Shown here: one piece after another, positions 16,415 to 26,420 of the stretch
Layout of the letters: every line of letters starts with the position of its first letter
Position numbering within the stretch: position 1 is the stretch's first letter
Assembly (NCBI GenBank): GCA_902799285.1
Contig: CADCAA010000002.1
Coordinates: 1-49,207, forward strand
Length of the DNA stretch: 49,207 nt
Direction of reading: 5' to 3'
Source: an uncultured Pseudomonadota bacterium
Lineage (GTDB): Bacteria > Pseudomonadota > Alphaproteobacteria > Rs-D84
The notes under the pieces: model-generated
Told to the model about the DNA's origin: nothing
What the model saw: the letters and a program-made list of their open reading frames with translations, nothing else
The model's database searches: none
Translations under genes and position numbers: made by a program

Positions 16415-17501
16415 TTGTATATTCCCGTGGCAATAATATAAACATTTCGCCGGTTGCGTGTTGGCCGTGTGCGTATTTGTATGCGTCATCGCCTGAGCCA
16501 AAGAATATGTCTGCGCGTATCCAACCACGGATTGCACTGCCTGTGTCTTGGGCAATCATTAATCTTTGGAATTTGCGACCGTCTGATAAATTGGTGTTTA
16601 TGTATACCGGCATACCAACGGTATAGATGCTGTCGTCGACGGCAATGCTGCGGATTTTAGATAATGGTGTTCCCAGTTTTCCAATTACGCTTTTGGATTC
16701 AGCCTCGGTAAAATATACATAACGCGGGTTGTTATAAATAACCTCGCGCGCTAGGGCGGGTTTCTTTTTTAGGTATTTCCATACGGCGTCGGCACTGTAT
16801 CCGCCATCTGGTTTTATGCCACGTTGACGCAATTGTTCGCCGATTGATTTGAATTTCATATCGTTTGTGCCGCCAAAGTTTAATTTGACCATTTCTCCAT
16901 TTTCCAGTTTTAACAGTCCGCTGCCCTGGATTTGTATGTTTTGGACATCAACTATGTTTGCCCAATACAGTACGCGCCCGATTTTGTTTTCAACAATTTT
17001 CTTTTTTGGGACATTTTTATATTGTGATGAATTCGATGGTGCCGCCATCAATGGTTCGTTGCATTGCGCCGTTTTGGTCCGGCATGCGGGAATTGTTGGT
17101 GAATAATATCCGGTGTATGTGCCGCGTGTTTTGCCGGAATCATCGTAAACCTGGTATGCTTGGAAATGTGATTCAAACCAATTTCTGATTGTTGCGGCGT
17201 CCGCGCCCGCGCCGGGCAACATATTACATTTTTCGCGGACCAAGGCCGCATCCGGTATTACACGACCGGTATATTGCAATTTGGCACGGCATGAATTACG
17301 AAATGCTTGCAGGGCATAGCGGACATCGTCCTGTTGCCAACCGGGCAGTTTAGAAAATGGCACCGGTTTCAGATTTGAACGCGGCGCCACCGCATTATTT
17401 CCGGTGTGTGTTGGGGTCGATATGTCGCATGATGTCAGGGAAAACGCCAAAAACAATCCCATAATAATCCCAGAAAACCGCAGTTTTTTTAATTGAAACA
17501 T
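16398..17501 (-). CDS. mltA: membrane-bound lytic murein transglycosylase A (lipoprotein)
   Basis: It has a lipobox LTSC and the C-terminal 3D-domain pattern AQDTGSAIRGWIRADIFFGSGDDA. It is 367 aa. Confidence 0.8.
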   Translation of the reverse strand: MFQLKKLRFSGIIMGLFLAFSLTSCDISTPTHTGNNAVAPRSNLKPVPFSKLPGWQQDDVRYALQAFRNSCRAKLQYTGRVIPDAALVREKCNMLPGAGADAATIRNWFESHFQAYQVYDDSGKTRGTYTGYYSPTIPACRTKTAQCNEPLMAAPSNSSQYKNVPKKKIVENKIGRVLYWANIVDVQNIQIQGSGLLKLENGEMVKLNFGGTNDMKFKSIGEQLRQRGIKPDGGYSADAVWKYLKKKPALAREVIYNNPRYVYFTEAESKSVIGKLGTPLSKIRSIAVDDSIYTVGMPVYINTNLSDGRKFQRLMIAQDTGSAIRGWIRADIFFGSGDDAYKYAHGQHATGEMFILLPREYTNAKSK

Positions 17502-17583
17502 ATTTTTATCCCCCGCTACTTGTAAAATCTTTTTCTAATGCTATATTATCATAAAAGCGACTAAAAAAAAAGGAGCAAATCGC

Positions 17584-18036
17584 ATGTCACAATTTAAAAT
17601 TATTACGCAATTCTTGAAAGATATATCGTTCGAAAGCCCAAATGTTCCAGAATTGTTCTTTAATCAGGATAATGGTCAGGCTAAAATCGAAATCAATATC
17701 GATATTCAGATTAAAGGTGCCGAAAATAATGTCTTTATGGTTGATTTGGTGACCAAGGTGCATTCAAAGTTGGATAAGGATAATAAGTCTATCTTTTTAA
17801 TCGAAACAACTTATTCTGGGTTGGTGCAAATGGAAGAAGAAAAAGATGAAGAAGTTAAAAAGCGTACTTTATTGATTGACGTGCCGCATATGTTGTTCCC
17901 ATCGTTGCGTGCATTGGTGACACGTTTGACATCGGAATCTGGGTTCCCGGCATTTACTATGCAGCCCGTGGATTTCGAGGCGCTGTATGAACAAAAGAAA
18001 AATGCTGCACAACAACAAAAACCTGCAAATCAATAA
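17584..18036 (+). CDS. secB: protein-export chaperone SecB
   Basis: FLKDISFESPNVPE is present, an AAGGAG SD precedes the start, and it is 150 aa. Confidence 0.85.
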   Translation: MSQFKIITQFLKDISFESPNVPELFFNQDNGQAKIEINIDIQIKGAENNVFMVDLVTKVHSKLDKDNKSIFLIETTYSGLVQMEEEKDEEVKKRTLLIDVPHMLFPSLRALVTRLTSESGFPAFTMQPVDFEALYEQKKNAAQQQKPANQ

Positions 18037-18061
18037 ATTGTTTTTTATTGTATTTTATAAG

Positions 18062-18095
18062 CCGCCCTTTTTAAGAAAAAAGGGCGGTTTGTTTT
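18062..18095 (+). terminator. rho-independent terminator
   Basis: The stem is CCGCCCTTTTT (18062-18072) / AAAAAGGGCGG (18077-18087), followed by TTTGTTTT. Confidence 0.7.
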
Positions 18096-18108
18096 GTCGT
18101 TAAAATTA

Positions 18109-18117
18109 TGGTATAAT
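18109..18117 (+). promoter_or_regulatory. extended -10 element TGGTATAAT upstream of the MFS gene
   Basis: TGGTATAAT lies at 18109-18117, about 30 nt before the TTG start at 18149. Confidence 0.4.
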
Positions 18118-18148
18118 TATATCCGCGATTTAATAACGGGAGAGAATT

Positions 18149-19357
18149 TTGGCCAAGGATAAATACATTTCAATAAATGATAATGTGACGGGGTACTCGT
18201 TTTCGAACCTGGGGCTGTTTACTGGGTTTGCGTCGGGCGTTTATAATGCGGTTTATTCTTTGGTGATATTGGGTATTTTTACAGGGATATTTGGCAATGA
18301 AAAATTGGCTTCGTCGGTCGTTGGTGTGTATGTCGCGTTGTATTCTGTGTTTTGTATGGTTGTTGGTATATTTTCCAAAGAATTACTGCGTTGGTTTTCC
18401 AAGGCACGTTTGATGATTGGTGCTTTTTTGTTGGTGGTTGCTTGCTATGCAATGATGAGTTTTTCGGTTAAACCCGGAACATTTGTGGCGTTAGATTATG
18501 CGTCGGGCGTTGGGACAACAATAATTTCTATTTTGATTCCATTATTTATGGCGGATTTTTCTAAAAATATTGGTATGGCAAAGTTAAATGCGCGTTATTA
18601 TTTCTGGGTCAATATTGGGGCGTTGGTCGCACCGTTGTTTGCGTTGAATATGGCGGCTTGGTTTGGTAATTATCGTATTCCTTTTTTGGCGGCGGCTATG
18701 ATTTATGCTGGTGGATTGTTGTTCTTTAAGCGTTTTGGAATTGTTCAGCAAGATAAAGTCATTAAACGCGTTAATCCACGGCGAACAATTAAATCTTTGT
18801 GGATAAATACTCTTGTGTTTTTCCGACATAAGGGTATGCCACGTGCGTATTTTGTGAACTTTGGTTTTTATGCGTTGGCAGCCATGCGGACATTGTATGT
18901 GCCGATTGTTGTGATAGAGCAGGGGTTCTCTGCAAATATTTTGGGTTGGGTTTTGACCCTGGGGATTTTGCCGTATATTATATTTGATTTGTTTATAGGT
19001 AATTGGGTAAAAAAAATCGGATACAGACCTTTGATGGTGATTGGTATGGGGTCATTTGCAGTGTTTGCAACACTGGCCACGATATTGTCTGGTTGGTGGT
19101 TGTTGGGTATATTTGTGTTGTGGCAAATTTCAGGCGCGTTTATGGAACCTGTGCACGATTTGTTATTCTTTGATAATACCCAGAAAAATGAACAGTCCCG
19201 TTTTTATGGTGTGTTCAAAACAACATCTTTTTTCCCAAAGGTTGTTGCGCCAATCTTGGGCGCGGCGTTTATAGCAATCTTTGGGACGACGTCGGCCGTG
19301 TGGTTTGTGTCGGTGGGGGTTAGTGTTATAACTCTATTTCTTCTAGCAAAGAAATGA
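18149..19357 (+). CDS. MFS-type transporter, substrate unknown
   Basis: The 402-aa protein has roughly 12 hydrophobic segments. It has a TTG start and a GGGAGAG SD. Confidence 0.65.
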   Translation: MAKDKYISINDNVTGYSFSNLGLFTGFASGVYNAVYSLVILGIFTGIFGNEKLASSVVGVYVALYSVFCMVVGIFSKELLRWFSKARLMIGAFLLVVACYAMMSFSVKPGTFVALDYASGVGTTIISILIPLFMADFSKNIGMAKLNARYYFWVNIGALVAPLFALNMAAWFGNYRIPFLAAAMIYAGGLLFFKRFGIVQQDKVIKRVNPRRTIKSLWINTLVFFRHKGMPRAYFVNFGFYALAAMRTLYVPIVVIEQGFSANILGWVLTLGILPYIIFDLFIGNWVKKIGYRPLMVIGMGSFAVFATLATILSGWWLLGIFVLWQISGAFMEPVHDLLFFDNTQKNEQSRFYGVFKTTSFFPKVVAPILGAAFIAIFGTTSAVWFVSVGVSVITLFLLAKK

Positions 19358-19461
19358 TATCGAAATATAACGGGTATCTGCTTGATTCCGGCTCGCTCAT
19401 GTAGCCGATTGTACACTACGCTCGCCGGAATCGTCGCATCTACCGCGTTCTATTTCGATAT
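19357..19461 (+). repeat. long-hairpin palindromic intergenic element, full copy 2
   Basis: Outer arms 19357-19372 and 19446-19461 pair at 15 of 16 positions. The inner stem is GATTCCGGC (19384-19392) / GCCGGAATC (19424-19432). The conserved ATCTGCTT, TGTAGC..TTGTACAC and CGCATCT are present. Confidence 0.8.
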
Positions 19462-19494
19462 TTAGTTTTAGCTTTTTTTCTCTTTTTTCTGGGC

Positions 19495-19523
19495 TTGCAA
19501 ATGGGTTTTTTTCCGTGTATGAT
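19495..19523 (+). promoter_or_regulatory. sigma70-like promoter for recA (TTGCAA-17 nt-TATGAT)
   Basis: TTGCAA lies at 19495-19500 and TATGAT at 19518-19523. An AAGGGG SD precedes the ATG at 19551. Confidence 0.45.
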
Positions 19524-19550
19524 TTGGTTGATAAATAAAGGGGAAATCTT

Positions 19551-20627
19551 ATGGCAAAGAAAGAAAAAGATGTAAATGCGGCGCCGGCAAAAAATCCGGC
19601 TTTGGAATCTGCATTGGCACAAATCCAAAAACAATTTGGTAAAGAAGCAATTATGAAAATGGGCGACGGGTCCCAACAGAATATCGAGGCGATATCATCC
19701 GGTTCACTGGGGTTGGATATTGCGCTGGGGATTGGTGGTTATCCGCGTGGTCGTATTGTTGAAATTTATGGCCCGGAAAGTTCGGGTAAAACAACATTGG
19801 CATTGCATGCCGTGGCCGAGGCTCAGAAAAAAGGTGGTACATGTGCGTATATTGATGCGGAAAATGCGCTGGACCCATCATATGCTAAAAAATTGGGTTG
19901 TAATGTTTCAGAATTGATTATTTCACAACCGGATTCTGGGGAACAGGCGTTGGAAATCGCGGATACACTGATTAAATCTGGGGCGGTTGATGTCGTCGTG
20001 ATTGATTCGGTGGCGGCTCTGGTGCCCAAGGCGGAATTAGAGGGTAATATTGGCGATTCGTTTGTTGGAACAACCGCGCGTTTGATGTCGCAATCATTGA
20101 AAAAGTTGGCGGGTTCTGTGTCGCGCAGTAATACACTTTTGATTTTCATCAATCAAATTCGTATGAAAATTGGTGTTATGTTTGGAAATCCGGAAACTAC
20201 ATCTGGTGGTAATGCGTTAAAGTTCTATGCGTCGGTGCGTTTGGATATTCGTCGCACGGGCGCAATCAAGGATAAAGAAAATGTCATCGGAAACGAAACA
20301 CGTGTCAAGGTTGTCAAAAACAAAGTTGCGCCACCTTTCCGGACTGTTGATTTCAAAATTATGTATGGCGAGGGGATTTCCCGTATATCTGAAATTCTGG
20401 ATATGGGTGTTAAATACGATTTGATTGAAAAGGCCGGGTCATTCTATTCTTATAATAACGAACGTATGGGTCAGGGCGAGGCTAATGCACGTCAATGGTT
20501 GAAAGAACACGAAGATGTTCAGAAAGAGTTGTTGGATAAAATTATGGCGCGTGCATCGGGTATTGCCGAAGAAATGACAACGGGACCATCCGACGATGAC
20601 GAAGATATGGGGCCGGTGGAAGAATAA
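19551..20627 (+). CDS. recA: recombinase RecA
   Basis: Walker [13 protein letters not shown] is present, the sequence looks like RecA throughout, and the tail is acidic. Confidence 0.95.
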   Translation: MAKKEKDVNAAPAKNPALESALAQIQKQFGKEAIMKMGDGSQQNIEAISSGSLGLDIALGIGGYPRGRIVEIYGPESSGKTTLALHAVAEAQKKGGTCAYIDAENALDPSYAKKLGCNVSELIISQPDSGEQALEIADTLIKSGAVDVVVIDSVAALVPKAELEGNIGDSFVGTTARLMSQSLKKLAGSVSRSNTLLIFINQIRMKIGVMFGNPETTSGGNALKFYASVRLDIRRTGAIKDKENVIGNETRVKVVKNKVAPPFRTVDFKIMYGEGISRISEILDMGVKYDLIEKAGSFYSYNNERMGQGEANARQWLKEHEDVQKELLDKIMARASGIAEEMTTGPSDDDEDMGPVEE

Positions 20628-20633
20628 TGGACA

Positions 20634-20660
20634 GGCGGCGCAGGTTTGCGTCGCTTTTCA
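20634..20660 (+). terminator. candidate recA terminator hairpin
   Basis: GGCGGCGCA (20634-20642) / TGCGTCGCT (20647-20655) form 7 Watson-Crick and 2 G-U pairs, followed by a weak T tract. Confidence 0.35.
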
Positions 20661-20681
20661 TTAAAATCAAAAGGATAAAAA

Positions 20682-21590
20682 ATGAATATTGCACGATTTT
20701 TTGCAACATCAAAATTGGTGTTGGTTGCGCATATTTTGAATTGGCATTTTTTTGATAGGGTTGCGCGTAGAAAGGTGCGGACGGATGCCACCGCGCGGAT
20801 TGTATCAAATTATTTTAAACGGTATTTGCCGGCGGTAAAATCTGTGCCAGAGGTTGAAGTCGTCAAAGACGATGCGCACGATAAAATTTGGACATTGTGG
20901 TTGCAAGGCGAAGAAAATGCGCCGGCTTTGGTTCGGGCATGTTTTCGCAGTGTGCGTCGTCATTGCAAGCAAGAGTTGGTTGTGTTGGATGCGAAAAGTG
21001 TTTTTGATTATATATCGTTGCCCCAGGAAATTATTGATAAATATAGGGCGGGTAAAATTGGACATGCGCATTTCGCTGATATTTGTCGTGTTGAATTGTT
21101 GTATCGTTATGGGGGATATTGGCTGGATTCAACTGGGTTTGTGACAGCACCAATTCCAGATTGGATAGAGGCCCAAGATTACTTTATGTATTTAACCGGT
21201 GATAATTATAATATAGGGGGCAGTCCGTATAGTTTTTGTCAAAATTGTTTTATTCGTGCGCGTCGCGGGGCGTTTTTGTTGGCGGCGTGGCGTGCGATGA
21301 TTTTGGATTATTGGATGCATGAAAATCATACTTTTGATTATTTTATGCATCAATTGTTATTCAAAACTTTGGTTGAAAATGATGCGCGGGCCAAAAAATA
21401 TTTTGAAAAAATGCCACATGTGGCCCAGGATCCGACACATGCATTATGGTGGGCGTATCAAGATAAACCGTTTGACCAAAAAACTTTTGACGATGTGACG
21501 CGTGGTGCGTTTTTCCAAAAGACAACATATCGTGGGTCTGATAATCCGGTGCCGGGTAGTTTCGCAGATGTTATGATAAACAAAATGTAA
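20682..21590 (+). CDS. GT32-like / capsular-polysaccharide-synthesis-family glycosyltransferase
   Basis: FADICRVELLYRYGGYWLDS matches the AD..R..LLY.YGG.YLD.D sugar-binding signature. Confidence 0.55.
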   Translation: MNIARFFATSKLVLVAHILNWHFFDRVARRKVRTDATARIVSNYFKRYLPAVKSVPEVEVVKDDAHDKIWTLWLQGEENAPALVRACFRSVRRHCKQELVVLDAKSVFDYISLPQEIIDKYRAGKIGHAHFADICRVELLYRYGGYWLDSTGFVTAPIPDWIEAQDYFMYLTGDNYNIGGSPYSFCQNCFIRARRGAFLLAAWRAMILDYWMHENHTFDYFMHQLLFKTLVENDARAKKYFEKMPHVAQDPTHALWWAYQDKPFDQKTFDDVTRGAFFQKTTYRGSDNPVPGSFADVMINKM

Positions 21591-21605
21591 GTCGAGAGGT
21601 GTGAT

Positions 21606-22622
21606 ATGCGTCCGAAAATATCAATTATTATTCCAATGTATGGCGTAGAAAAATATCTGCGTCGGTGTTTGGATTCTGTTCAACGTCAGACTTTTGCTGA
21701 ATGGCAGGCGATTTGTGTTGATGACGGGTCGCCTGATAAATCCGGCGAAATTGCCGAGGAATATGCCAGGGCAGATAAACGTTTTGTTGTTGTGCACAAG
21801 GAAAATGGCGGTTTGTCGGATGCACGAAATGCGGGTATGCCAAAAGCCACGGGTGAATACGTTATGTTTTTGGACAGTGATGATTTTATTCATCCGCAAA
21901 CAATGGAAATCGCATATTCTTTGGCGAAACAAAATAAGTCTGATATTGTATCATTTACATACGACCGGTTTTATCGTCCGCAATTGATGGTGTATCATAA
22001 ATTAGGATTTAATACAGATAATGTCGTGCCGTTTGGTATCAGAAAAAAATACAATATTGATAAAATTAAATCACGTACTATAAATGATGTCTATGAATAT
22101 GCAACGGACAGTGCGCATAACGCGTTTAATCCGAATCGCAAATGGCTGATTAAACATTGTCAGGTTTGGAAAAATATGTATCGTCGTGATTTAATATCGG
22201 ATATTCCATTTATCAAGGGTATTTTGTTCGAAGATTTTCCGTGGTGGTCGCGCGTTATGCTGCGTCAACCACGTGTGACAATTGCGCCGTTGCCGTTATA
22301 TTACTATATTCCAAATTTTGGTGGAATTGTGCTCTCTGCAAAACAATTACGGATAATGATGTCTTTGATAGCGGGCATCAAGGATTCTTTTGTTTTGTAC
22401 CGTGACCAGGCGTCCGCGCACCAGATGAAATTGTGGTCGGAAAACTTTTTGTGGTTTTTTGTAAATTGGGCGTTTCGTAAAATTAAATATTTGAAAACCG
22501 ATGAAGAGTTAGCAACTGCGCGTCAGGCGTTTACGGATTTGTATGATTTAGGTGTGTTCAAATCTGTGCCGAAATCGCGTCGCAAATTGGCAACCAAAAT
22601 TTTGGATTTTATTGGAAAGTAA
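21606..22622 (+). CDS. family 2 glycosyltransferase
   Basis: ISIIIPMYGVEKYLRRCLDSV..QTF..ICVDDGSPD...FLDSDDF is the classic GT2 N-terminal domain. Confidence 0.85.
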   Translation: MRPKISIIIPMYGVEKYLRRCLDSVQRQTFAEWQAICVDDGSPDKSGEIAEEYARADKRFVVVHKENGGLSDARNAGMPKATGEYVMFLDSDDFIHPQTMEIAYSLAKQNKSDIVSFTYDRFYRPQLMVYHKLGFNTDNVVPFGIRKKYNIDKIKSRTINDVYEYATDSAHNAFNPNRKWLIKHCQVWKNMYRRDLISDIPFIKGILFEDFPWWSRVMLRQPRVTIAPLPLYYYIPNFGGIVLSAKQLRIMMSLIAGIKDSFVLYRDQASAHQMKLWSENFLWFFVNWAFRKIKYLKTDEELATARQAFTDLYDLGVFKSVPKSRRKLATKILDFIGK

Positions 22623-22625
22623 AAT

Positions 22626-23753
22626 ATGAAAAAAATCAAAGTCGCATTTTGTTTGCGTGATATGCAACTGGGTGGTGTCGAATCTGTATTGATTCGGACG
22701 TTGGAACAATTGATTTCGGATAAAAAATTCGATATCACGGTTGTGACATTTGTTGATATAAACGAGCCGACCTATGTCAATTGGTTTCGTGCGCATCCAA
22801 ATGTAAAACGAATCGTTTTATATCCATCAAAATATTTTGGAACACGCATGCCGCGGTTTTTTCTGTGGCGTGTGATTAAGCATTTATGTCGGGATGTGTA
22901 TCGTGATTGCTTGCGTGGACGTGCGGTACGTTTGCTATCAAAATTTGATACAATCATTGATTATCATGATTTTGGTTTTGCGCATGAATTGCGGAAAGTA
23001 GAATCTGCAAAAAAAATCGCGTGGTTTCATTCGGGATTGAATGTTTTTGTAAAACGCAAATTTATTAAGCGTGTGCCGATATATGATAAAGTTGTTGTGT
23101 TGACCGATGATTGTGCAAATGATTTGAAACAATTATATCCGCAATACAGTGATAAATTTATGCGAATTTATAATCCAATCGATATTCAAAATATTAAAAA
23201 ATTGGCGCGTGAAAAATGCCTGAATATGGGTGAATATTTTTGCTGTGTTGCGCGGATGAGTTATGACAAAGATATTCGAACCGTCATGGATGCGTTTGAT
23301 TCGTTTTATCGGTACCATAAAAATGTAAAATTGGTTTTTGTTGGTGGTGGTGATAAATTGGATGTTTTTAAACGTTATGCACAGGATTTGAAGTCATCAA
23401 AAAATATTATATTTTTGGGTGCGCAGAAAAATCCTTTTGTATATATGAAAAACGCGATTGCGAATATTTTGTCCAGTTATAGTGAAGGGTTGCCCACAGT
23501 TTTGATAGAATCCCAGATTGTTGGTGCAATCAATATCTCATCGAATTGTAAATATGGCCCGCGTGAGATTTTATTAGATGGGCGTGCGGGGATTTTATTC
23601 GTACCGGGTAATGCGTTGGAATTGGCGGCACGGATGATTGATGTGTATGAAAATCGGGTTGATGTGCGTGCGATGAAAAATGCAGCGACGCGCGGACTTA
23701 ATCGTTTTGATAAAGATGAAATTATGGGGCAGGTTAAATCCCTGATTTTTTGA
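22626..23753 (+). CDS. family 4 (GT-B, GT1-domain) glycosyltransferase
   Basis: The C-terminal EX7E region is SYSEGLPTVLIESQIVGA. It is 375 aa. Confidence 0.75.
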   Translation: MKKIKVAFCLRDMQLGGVESVLIRTLEQLISDKKFDITVVTFVDINEPTYVNWFRAHPNVKRIVLYPSKYFGTRMPRFFLWRVIKHLCRDVYRDCLRGRAVRLLSKFDTIIDYHDFGFAHELRKVESAKKIAWFHSGLNVFVKRKFIKRVPIYDKVVVLTDDCANDLKQLYPQYSDKFMRIYNPIDIQNIKKLAREKCLNMGEYFCCVARMSYDKDIRTVMDAFDSFYRYHKNVKLVFVGGGDKLDVFKRYAQDLKSSKNIIFLGAQKNPFVYMKNAIANILSSYSEGLPTVLIESQIVGAINISSNCKYGPREILLDGRAGILFVPGNALELAARMIDVYENRVDVRAMKNAATRGLNRFDKDEIMGQVKSLIF

Positions 23754-24570
23754 AACGCGACGGTATTTTAACAACGCGTTTAATTCCCAACATACCAGGT
23801 TTATCAAATGCGTAAATCGGCCTGAATATTTGTTGCATAACGCGAGCAATGCGTAACCATTTTTCGCCGTGCACAGGCAAATTTGTTGTGGCGTTGATTG
23901 TGCCATTACCGCGACGGCGCAGGTGATTCAACCAATCAGCGCCACGGGCGGCCGCCTTTTGTTCCAACATTTTCAAATCAATTGCGCCAAAGTGCAAAAG
24001 ATATAAATTTTTATCAATGTGGAAATTTTTGCCACGAACACTGTGAAATCCGCTGCCCCATGGTGTGCAAGATACTTTGACCACTGGTTTTGTGTATCGC
24101 GTCGATAATAGGGCATAAGACCGCTGTTCCAAAAATGGTGCGTTTTGGTCCAATTCTGGTTCGCAGGTTAAATTTTGGCCAACATCCAACCCCAATCCGG
24201 ATACAGATGTTTTGATTTTTATATCGGATAAATATTCGGCCAATGTTTTGTTTAATTTGGGGTCGACTATTAAAAATTCATCGGAATCGCAACCGATAAC
24301 TATGTCATAAGTTTTTAATAATTCAGATGCCAAATCCGACAGTTTCCCAATTCGATATTTATCGCCGGCCGCACGCGACAGGTTTTTATGTGGTAATTTT
24401 GTTATGTGCGCATGGCCGTGGTTTTGTGGGGCTGTTTGGTCGTTGCCGTCCAGCAATATGTATAAATTTTCGGTTCCAAATTGTTTTCCGTAATATGCAA
24501 TCCAACGGGATAAAAAGAATTTATCATCACGTGCCATTGTTATCACAGCAATGTGTTTTTGTTTTTTCAT
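23734..24570 (-). CDS. GT2-like glycosyltransferase (Glyco_tranf_2_4-like)
   Basis: IAVITMARDDKFFLSRWIAYY...YILLDGNDQ...GCDSDEF is present. Its 3' end overlaps the convergent GT4 gene by 20 nt. Confidence 0.5.
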   Translation of the reverse strand: MKKQKHIAVITMARDDKFFLSRWIAYYGKQFGTENLYILLDGNDQTAPQNHGHAHITKLPHKNLSRAAGDKYRIGKLSDLASELLKTYDIVIGCDSDEFLIVDPKLNKTLAEYLSDIKIKTSVSGLGLDVGQNLTCEPELDQNAPFLEQRSYALLSTRYTKPVVKVSCTPWGSGFHSVRGKNFHIDKNLYLLHFGAIDLKMLEQKAAARGADWLNHLRRRGNGTINATTNLPVHGEKWLRIARVMQQIFRPIYAFDKPGMLGIKRVVKIPSRFKKSGI

Positions 24571-25415
24571 TATTTATTCCTTAACTTTTGAATCGCGTAT
24601 GTGATTCCGCGCCATATCGGTGTAATTGGATTTTTGGTTAATAACCATGACATATATTTTGGTGTATACGCATTGTTTGCGGCATTTTTTATTGCGCGCG
24701 CGGCCGATTTATCACAATGCGATAGCACATAATTTAATTGGTACCCAATCGCGCCATTATGACGGGTAAATGACATCTTTTTGATAAATGGGCAACCGAT
24801 TTTGAACAAGTGTTTTGGGTTGTTATAAACACTGCGCCCGGGACATTTGAACGGGCAACGCCATGTGCCGCCATGTTCTACAACCAAATCTGTGAACCGA
24901 TTTTCGTATAAAACAGTGACCAGGTATTTATGTTTTTGCTGTTTAACATCCATAATAAATTTATCAAACCAGTCGGCCATAAATACAGATTTACGCATAC
25001 CGATAAACCATGATTGAATATGGCAATAGTGGGTGTGGACACTTTCGGTTAAACCCCACGTATCGGTATTGTATGATTCCATTTGTTCCAATATTGGTTT
25101 TAATTTGTGTAATGGGCCGTATACAGAATCATTTACCATATATACAAAGTCATACTTATTCAATATGTTATGGTTTTTTGCGTATTCGTATGCGCGTTTG
25201 TAAGAGCCAAAATCGTATTCATAATGACGTGTGGCTATACGCGCGATTGTGAATTTTTTAACCCTGTCCAGTTCGGGTTTTGGACAATCAGAATCCATAC
25301 ATAAAATCACATCGCCGCATTTGGTCAATTCCCGAATATAATAAACCAAAGCATCGTCCAGCGTGTTATCTGCGCTGTATCCTGCGAATAGGAAAAGTCG
25401 TTTATTGTTGGACAT
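24570..25415 (-). CDS. putative glycosyltransferase, rhamnan-synthesis-F (RgpF)-like
   Basis: The N-terminal pattern is LFLFAGYSADNTLDDALVYYIRELTKCGDVILCMDSD. A TAATG overlap links it to the downstream gene. The family assignment is from memory only. Confidence 0.4.
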   Translation of the reverse strand: MSNNKRLFLFAGYSADNTLDDALVYYIRELTKCGDVILCMDSDCPKPELDRVKKFTIARIATRHYEYDFGSYKRAYEYAKNHNILNKYDFVYMVNDSVYGPLHKLKPILEQMESYNTDTWGLTESVHTHYCHIQSWFIGMRKSVFMADWFDKFIMDVKQQKHKYLVTVLYENRFTDLVVEHGGTWRCPFKCPGRSVYNNPKHLFKIGCPFIKKMSFTRHNGAIGYQLNYVLSHCDKSAARAIKNAANNAYTPKYMSWLLTKNPITPIWRGITYAIQKLRNK

Positions 25416-25484
25416 TTTTCTTTATATGTTTATAATTCCAATATATAACATTTATATCGTTTTTGCAACAAAGGAAAAAGAAGT

Positions 25485-26402
25485 ATGATAGGATATGATA
25501 ATAAAAGAAAGGATATAACGTTTTGCACGATGTTGTTCAAAATGCCCCAAGAAAGTCAGTTAAATGCGTTAAAAAGAGGGGACAGGACTTTCGAGGAATT
25601 TTACCTGCCTTCGTTGAAAAATTTGATAGAAACCTTTAAAAAGGTGGCGTTGTGGTGCGATGCTGAAACTGCACAATATTTGAAAAAACATAATTTGGAT
25701 AAGTCAATTGATATGCGGGTTATGGATTTTTCTGAATTACCGCATATGGGCGAAAAATCAGAATGGTTGAAAATCTTGCACGGCATGTATGGAAATGTTG
25801 GAAATTTTTTCCGTCATAAAACGCCGGAAATGTGGATTGATTATTTGATGGTTATTATGGCAAAACCATGGGTTATGGAATGGGCCGCAAAGCGCAATAA
25901 ATTTAAAACAAAATATTTTATGTGGCTGGATGCGGGGTCGTTTAATAAAAAATATGTTGGATTTTGGACGGATTGGGATGGAACAATACGGGCCAAACCG
26001 GAACGCGTTCGTATCACAATATCTGAAACCCTGGGCAAGGCCAGACCGCATTTTGTTCCGAATTTTATTTACAGATTGTGTCGCAAAATGCATAAAATTG
26101 TTCCTGCAAACAAACAGGCATTGGTAAAGCAATCTTTGCAGAATATCGCAATGATAAATGCAGACTATGATGTGCCGGCATGCAGCATTATGGCGACCGC
26201 GGAAAATGTTCATAAATTTTATGACTGGTTCGAGGTTGTGCGGAAAATAATGAAAAATCACGGGTTCGTTTCTACGGAACAGGCCGTGTTCCAGGCGATG
26301 ATGAAATTCGATGTATCTGATATGTTTGAATTATCATATATACATGGATATACGGGTGTTTATGCCGGCGTTGCCAAAGAAAAACCGGATTGTTTGTTAT
26401 AA
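25485..26402 (+). CDS. putative glycosyltransferase, HtrL/WlaTC-like
   Basis: The basis is the ITFCTMLF... N-terminus and the YFMWLDAGSFN block. This is weak recognition. Confidence 0.3.
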   Translation: MIGYDNKRKDITFCTMLFKMPQESQLNALKRGDRTFEEFYLPSLKNLIETFKKVALWCDAETAQYLKKHNLDKSIDMRVMDFSELPHMGEKSEWLKILHGMYGNVGNFFRHKTPEMWIDYLMVIMAKPWVMEWAAKRNKFKTKYFMWLDAGSFNKKYVGFWTDWDGTIRAKPERVRITISETLGKARPHFVPNFIYRLCRKMHKIVPANKQALVKQSLQNIAMINADYDVPACSIMATAENVHKFYDWFEVVRKIMKNHGFVSTEQAVFQAMMKFDVSDMFELSYIHGYTGVYAGVAKEKPDCLL

Positions 26403-26420
26403 AAATATGGGGGAATACTT

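Noticed and set aside
16415-16555. An upstream extension of the DUF721 ORF (start at 16555).
   Set aside because: It would overlap the 3' end of mltA by about 150 nt. The internal ATG at 16414 lies just downstream of the mltA stop, and the extension has no DUF721-like sequence.
19358-19550. An alphaproteobacterial LexA box (GTTC-N7-GTTC) upstream of recA.
   Set aside because: Only a single GTTC is present (19447-19450). It is followed by TATTTCG-ATAT and lies inside the hairpin element, so there is no second half-site.
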